Positions 8,454-12,657 of a stretch of DNA of 12,657 nt are shown here, in pieces. Each line of letters starts with the position of its first letter. The stretch's first letter is position 1. Source of the DNA: Cyanobacteria bacterium J06626_4 (GTDB lineage: Bacteria > Cyanobacteriota > Cyanobacteriia > Phormidesmidales > Phormidesmidaceae); assembly GCA_038523235.1 (NCBI GenBank), contig JBCBJQ010000144.1:1-12657 (forward strand), read 5' to 3'. Below the pieces are notes generated by a model. The model was not told where the DNA came from, did not search any database, and was given only the letters and a program-made list of their open reading frames with translations. The position numbers and the translations under genes were made by a program.

Positions 8454-9473
8454 TTACCAATTATCAGCATCATTGCCAGCAATACAGGCGGCGAGATCAT
8501 TTTCCGGTTGGGCCACGTTAAAAAGGTGCAGGCCAAAATCGTGGGAAAGCGCTTCGCACACTTTGATGCCCCGAGCACTGTTGCCCTTAGCGTCGAGCAA
8601 CGGTGAAAAGGTGCCGACCCCCAGGGTGTTGGGGGCAACGGCGGTGATGCCCCCGCCGACGCCACTCTTGGCAGGCATGCCGACGCGATAGGTCCATTCA
8701 CCAGAGCCGTCATACATACCGCAGGTGAGCATGACGCTAATCACGTCCTGCACGTAGCGTTCATCCAGAGCGCGCTCGCCCGTCACCGGATTCACCCCGC
8801 CGTTGGCCAGCGTGGCCGACAGCATAGCCAGGTCTTTGGCCGTCACCATGATCGAGCACTGCTGAAAATACAAATCTAGGGTTTCATCGACGCGATCGCT
8901 GACCATGCCAAAATTCAGCATTAGATAGGCCATGGCCCGATTGCGAAAGCCGGTGGCTTTTTCGGACAAAAAGATCGGCACGTTGATATCGTGGTCACGA
9001 CCGGTGTAGCGCTTAAACATGGCCAGCATGCGCTTCAGCCGCTCGGTACTGTTGGCTCCTTTGACCAAGTCCGTCGTGGCGATCGCCCCAGCATTAACCA
9101 TCGGGTTGTAAGGTCGATTGGTTTTTTCATCCAGCACAATTGCGTTAAAGGCCTCACCCGTAGGTTCAACGCTCACCTTGCTGTTGACATAGTCCCGCCC
9201 GTGATCTTCTAGGGCGAGGCCATAGACAAATGCTTTCGAAATAGACTGAATCGTAAACAGCTGCTCGCAATCGCCAATTTCAAACATCTGGCCTTCTTTA
9301 GTGACAACGCAGATGCCAAACCACTCGGGTTTCGCCAGAGTCAATTCGGGAATATAGTCGGCCACGGCGCCGTCATTCAGCACTTGATAGCGCTCATGCA
9401 GCTCATGCAAATAGTTGCGGAACGGGGAGGTAACGGCGGTGATTGAGCTGGCTAAAGACTGCATGTCAGACAT
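8454..9473 (-). CDS. glsA: Glutaminase A (serine beta-lactamase-like fold)
   Basis: GAVADYIPEL, catalytic SxxK in FTIQSISK, VEPTGEAFN, NPMVNAGAI, TCGMYDGSG, PAKSGVGGGI and FSPLLDAKGNSARG. Confidence 0.96.
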   Translation of the reverse strand: MSDMQSLASSITAVTSPFRNYLHELHERYQVLNDGAVADYIPELTLAKPEWFGICVVTKEGQMFEIGDCEQLFTIQSISKAFVYGLALEDHGRDYVNSKVSVEPTGEAFNAIVLDEKTNRPYNPMVNAGAIATTDLVKGANSTERLKRMLAMFKRYTGRDHDINVPIFLSEKATGFRNRAMAYLMLNFGMVSDRVDETLDLYFQQCSIMVTAKDLAMLSATLANGGVNPVTGERALDERYVQDVISVMLTCGMYDGSGEWTYRVGMPAKSGVGGGITAVAPNTLGVGTFSPLLDAKGNSARGIKVCEALSHDFGLHLFNVAQPENDLAACIAGNDADNW

Positions 9474-9478
9474 CGCCC

Positions 9479-10234
9479 TTACACCTCCATAATCTGTTGA
9501 GCAACTTGGCGGAATTCTTGACTCACCGGATGATCAGGAAACTTCGTGCAAAACACGCCTTCACTCGCGAGCTGCACCACGTCTTCTGACAGTGGAAAGA
9601 CGCCCGCCACTGGCACGCTGTAGGTCTCTTCGACCTTTTGTTGCAACGCCTCCCGATTGAGGCTGCTGTAGGCTTTATTGATCGCCAGCAACATGTTGCG
9701 CACTTTGAGCTGACGCGCCACGTCTACGGTGACAGCCGTGCCTTGGTAGTCCTGCTTATCTGGCCGCAAAATCAATACCAACACGTGGGAAATCGCAATC
9801 GACAGGAAGGTCTCTTTGGACAGGCCCGGATGGGTGTCGATAAAGAGATAGTCGAGATTCAGGGCTTTGACTAAGCCGCGAAACCCATCATTCATCCGTT
9901 TGACGTCGTATCCATCTTTGAGAATGCGGGCAATATCATCAGCTCGGACGCTAGACGGCACGAGATAAAGCTGATCCGCCTCTAAGCCGACGTTGGCCCC
10001 CACGTCATAGGCGGCATCGGTAATCGGCTTTTCATCCCAAAGGTAGTTATTGAGGGTGGCAGAAATTTGCTCAGGTTCCAGGCAAAATAAATTGTGAATG
10101 CCGGGAGAGGGCACATCGGTGTCAAACACTGCGACGCGATGGCCCTTTGCTGCCACGGTCGTCGCCAAGTTGGCCGTAAAATTCGATTTACCGGTACCGC
10201 CCCGATAAGAGTGAACGGAAACAACTTTAGGCAT
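9479..10234 (-). CDS. MinD/ParA-family (SIMIBI) ATPase, stand-alone, not the cell-division MinD
   Basis: Deviant Walker A SYRGGTGKS, VFDTD, YLFIDTHPG and LAINK; 251 aa; no minC/minE or parB adjacent. Confidence 0.92.
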   Translation of the reverse strand: MPKVVSVHSYRGGTGKSNFTANLATTVAAKGHRVAVFDTDVPSPGIHNLFCLEPEQISATLNNYLWDEKPITDAAYDVGANVGLEADQLYLVPSSVRADDIARILKDGYDVKRMNDGFRGLVKALNLDYLFIDTHPGLSKETFLSIAISHVLVLILRPDKQDYQGTAVTVDVARQLKVRNMLLAINKAYSSLNREALQQKVEETYSVPVAGVFPLSEDVVQLASEGVFCTKFPDHPVSQEFRQVAQQIMEV

Positions 10235-10297
10235 AGGGCATTTAACTTTAAGTGACGAAAACTGGCATTAGCATTCGTTACAGAGACCTCACAAACC

Positions 10298-10311
10298 GTA
10301 ATGAATGATAC
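10298..10311. promoter_or_regulatory. Candidate NtcA binding site GTA-N8-TAC
   Basis: GTAATGAATGATAC is an exact consensus match, intergenic, 63 nt upstream of the ATPase start codon of a glutaminase-containing operon. Confidence 0.6.
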
Positions 10312-10711
10312 GAATTTAGCGATGCCCGGTCGGCGGTAGAGACCCAGTCGCTAGCATACAAACACTCCGCACCCATTGCGCAAAAAATTGCGATCGAGTG
10401 CCTTTCATCAAGAAAAACTTAACAAACCGTCAATTTACGGAAGCTGTTGATGCCACTTCATGGGGGCACGAAAAGATTCACCCAGCGCAGAGCAACCATA
10501 ATTTTCGCGACAAAAAAGAGCTGCTGTGGCCCACAGCACTGGTATTACTCGCCTCAGTGAATCACGTTTCAAGGAAGGGACTAAAGTACGCGATCGCGCC
10601 CCAGCGACAATGGAGATTCGTCACCCAAAACGTGGGTTGATTGAGGGTGTTGAGTTGGCTTTTCTAAAATGACTGAATAGAGGTTCGCCGTCACTACCTC
10701 CGGGACTCATC

Positions 10712-11836
10712 ATGTCAGGCACACCGACGCGATTAGGTTTTATCGACAATCTACGCCTGTTTTTGACAGTACTCGTCGTAGCGCACCATGCAGCCCAACC
10801 CTATGGCCCGACAGGCGGCGACTGGCCGCTTTTTAATTCCGAGCGGGCGGCGATCCTAGGGCCGTTTTTTGCAGTGAATGCGGCCTTTTTTATGGGTCTG
10901 TTCTTTTTCATCTCAGGCTATTTTTTGCCCGCAGCGGGCGATCGCAAAGGCCTCAACCGTCTCCTGCAAAACCGACTGCAGCGATTGGGAATACCGGTGT
11001 TATTTTTTGCGGTGATCGTGTTTCCGCCAATTCTTTACCAACTCGCGAGCCCCTCTATTTCCTTTTTCGATTTTTTTGTGCAGGTCTATGTCAAACAGCG
11101 CGAAATTGAAGTGGCGCACCTGTGGTTCTTGCTGCATCTCCTGGGCTATACCGCCCTCTATGCAGTGTGGAGATCGGTGTCTCAGCGGCATTCTTTAAGC
11201 CCCATCAATCCCCCAAGGCACCGCCTGATTGTGGTCTACTGGCTCAGCCTCAGTCTCGTCACGTTTCTCGTGCGGATTCACTATCCGATTGATCGCTGGG
11301 TTAATCTCTTGGGCTTTGTGCCTGCTGAGCTGGCGCATCTGCCGCAGTATGGCAGCTTGTGGGTGCTGGGCATCTTGGCCTATCGCCATCACTGGCTAGG
11401 GCAAATGCCGACTGCCCGTGGCCTGACGTGGCTCCGGGTGGGGTTGGGGGCCGGTTTACTGCGCTACCTCTACAGTGTGAGTCGCACTCGCCTGGCCCTG
11501 CCGGAGCTGATTGCGGGGGGCGGCTTCGACTGGCGATCGCTGGTGTGGAGCGGTTGGGAAGCCCTGATCTGTGTCGGACTTTGCCTGGGCTTGTTAATCC
11601 TGTTTCGCGATCGCTGCAACAGTCAAAATAAATGGCTCAAACTTTTATCGGCCAATGCCTATGGCGTTTACCTCATTCATCTTCTAGTTATCCTCTACTG
11701 CCAGTTTGTGGTAGCTGATTGGGCCCTTGGCCCCTTAGTCAAGTTGGTACTGGTCATGGTAGTAGGCACACCGATTTGCTTTGTCCTTAGTGCTCTGCTG
11801 CGGCGATCGCCCTTTATTCAACTGGTTGTCCCCTGA
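10712..11836 (+). CDS. Acyltransferase family 3 (OpgC/MdoC-like) polytopic membrane protein
   Basis: RLGFIDNLR...LVVAHH, FFMGLFFFISGYF, RLQRLGIP, HLWFL and AYGVYLIH; about 10 hydrophobic segments. Confidence 0.92.
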   Translation: MSGTPTRLGFIDNLRLFLTVLVVAHHAAQPYGPTGGDWPLFNSERAAILGPFFAVNAAFFMGLFFFISGYFLPAAGDRKGLNRLLQNRLQRLGIPVLFFAVIVFPPILYQLASPSISFFDFFVQVYVKQREIEVAHLWFLLHLLGYTALYAVWRSVSQRHSLSPINPPRHRLIVVYWLSLSLVTFLVRIHYPIDRWVNLLGFVPAELAHLPQYGSLWVLGILAYRHHWLGQMPTARGLTWLRVGLGAGLLRYLYSVSRTRLALPELIAGGGFDWRSLVWSGWEALICVGLCLGLLILFRDRCNSQNKWLKLLSANAYGVYLIHLLVILYCQFVVADWALGPLVKLVLVMVVGTPICFVLSALLRRSPFIQLVVP

Positions 11837-11904
11837 GGCCATGCCTTCTCGCGAAATCGATTGGCCTGTGGACGCAGACCGGCAAACCGAACCAGATTTT
11901 CTTG

Positions 11905-12470
11905 TGACACCAAATGGCCATCCGATTGATACTGCTGCCACAATCGCTGGATGTTCTCGAACTGCTCGTTGCGGTGCGGATCATGCCCCGTCGCTCGAGT
12001 TTTCTACGCTTGCCGCCATCGGTACTGGTGCTTGCCCAACAACTGATTAACGACTGTCACATTCACGGTGATGCCCTCATTTTGCTGCAGCAACTCGGCA
12101 ATTTCAGTCCGTGTCAAATGTGTCTATTTCACCGAATCATCCATGGGATACCCAGCTATATGATCCACAATCACTCGCAAATAGGTCGCGTCGATACCGT
12201 CGATGGTGTCTCAGGCCGCTTCAGGCCGCTTTTCGTCCCCACCCGTCATCGAATGCGGGGCTGATGGAGGGCAGACTCATCGGCTAACTCGCACGCCCCT
12301 GATTTAATGGCGTGATAGTCACAGCCCAATGAATAGCTGATATAGCTGATGCCGCCATGGCCCAATTTCACCGCTTCAACGACGGTATGGCAGCGGCGAT
12401 CCTTCTCTGACAACGACGAATAGTAGCCGGGCATCTACTATTCGATAACCACAGGATATGACGTTTTCAT
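11905..12470 (-). mobile_element. Decayed, 3'-truncated ISAzo13-like transposase pseudogene
   Basis: Reconstructed translation MKTSYPVVIE**MPGYYSSLSEKDRR...EAVKLGHGGISYIS...PRIR*, then a frameshift, then DHIAGYPMDDSVK*THLTRTEIAELL...VVNQLLGKHQYRWRQA*KTRATGHDPHRNEQFENIQRL...DGHLVS. This matches the ISAzo13 N-terminal pattern as I recall it and stops before the catalytic D(T)KKKE motif. Confidence 0.85.
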
Positions 12471-12657
12471 CACGACCAAGGGGCATAATATAGGTCAAAG
12501 TTTGGAGCTGATATAACCCTCATTCCTAACTGACAAGGTATAACGGTAGTCCATAAGTGGTAAGGATCGGCCTAAAGGCATTAACACAAAGCTTTGAGGA
12601 CTCGTAGTGAATTTCTTGGCCCGGAAGTATCCTGCCCATCTAAGTGTTTTGTCGCAA

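Larger units (their letters stand above)
40..11810. repeat. Dispersed HIP1 palindromes (GCGATCGC)
   Basis: Hand-located at 40, 510, 2552, 4409, 4632, 4778, 4937, 5015, 5150, 5895, 6141, 7349, 7533, 8892, 9079, 10590, 10938, 11533, 11607 and 11803; a cyanobacterial hallmark. Confidence 0.9.

Noticed and set aside
9479..10234. Calling the ATPase minD or parA proper
   Set aside because: No minC/minE or parB nearby, no membrane-targeting tail, and a deviant Walker A.
10398..10640. 80-aa ORF in the intergenic region
   Set aside because: GTG start without a clear RBS and no recognisable family features; likely spurious.
11781..12264. Plus-strand ORFs of 89 aa and 116 aa
   Set aside because: They lie antisense to the transposase relic and have no recognisable motifs.
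12530..12657. Possible RNA gene or repeat at the right edge
   Set aside because: No tRNA, rRNA or CRISPR pattern recognised; too little context.

Overview
Cyanobacterial chromosomal window: about 20 HIP1 octamers (GCGATCGC) by hand count and typical cyanobacterial gene content. In order: (1) a likely disrupted gene fragment at the left edge; (2) a rhodanese-domain gene; (3) a large NACHT/STAND NTPase with 102-bp (34-aa) HEAT-like tandem repeats, cut off from its in-frame original C-terminal cap by a stop codon and a decayed repeat; (4) a membrane pentapeptide-repeat gene, divergent from (5) a NAGPA/phosphodiester glycosidase gene; (6) a tightly packed minus-strand operon of MinD/ParA-like ATPase, glutaminase and a Cache-HAMP-PAS-PAS membrane sensor with no catalytic output domain, preceded by a perfect NtcA-type GTA-N8-TAC site; (7) an acyltransferase-3 gene; (8) a decayed ISAzo13-like transposase. 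The best candidate for an undescribed system is the ATPase/glutaminase/output-less sensor operon. The NLR-like NACHT with a variable repeat array is second. All family assignments come from motif recognition; no database search was run.
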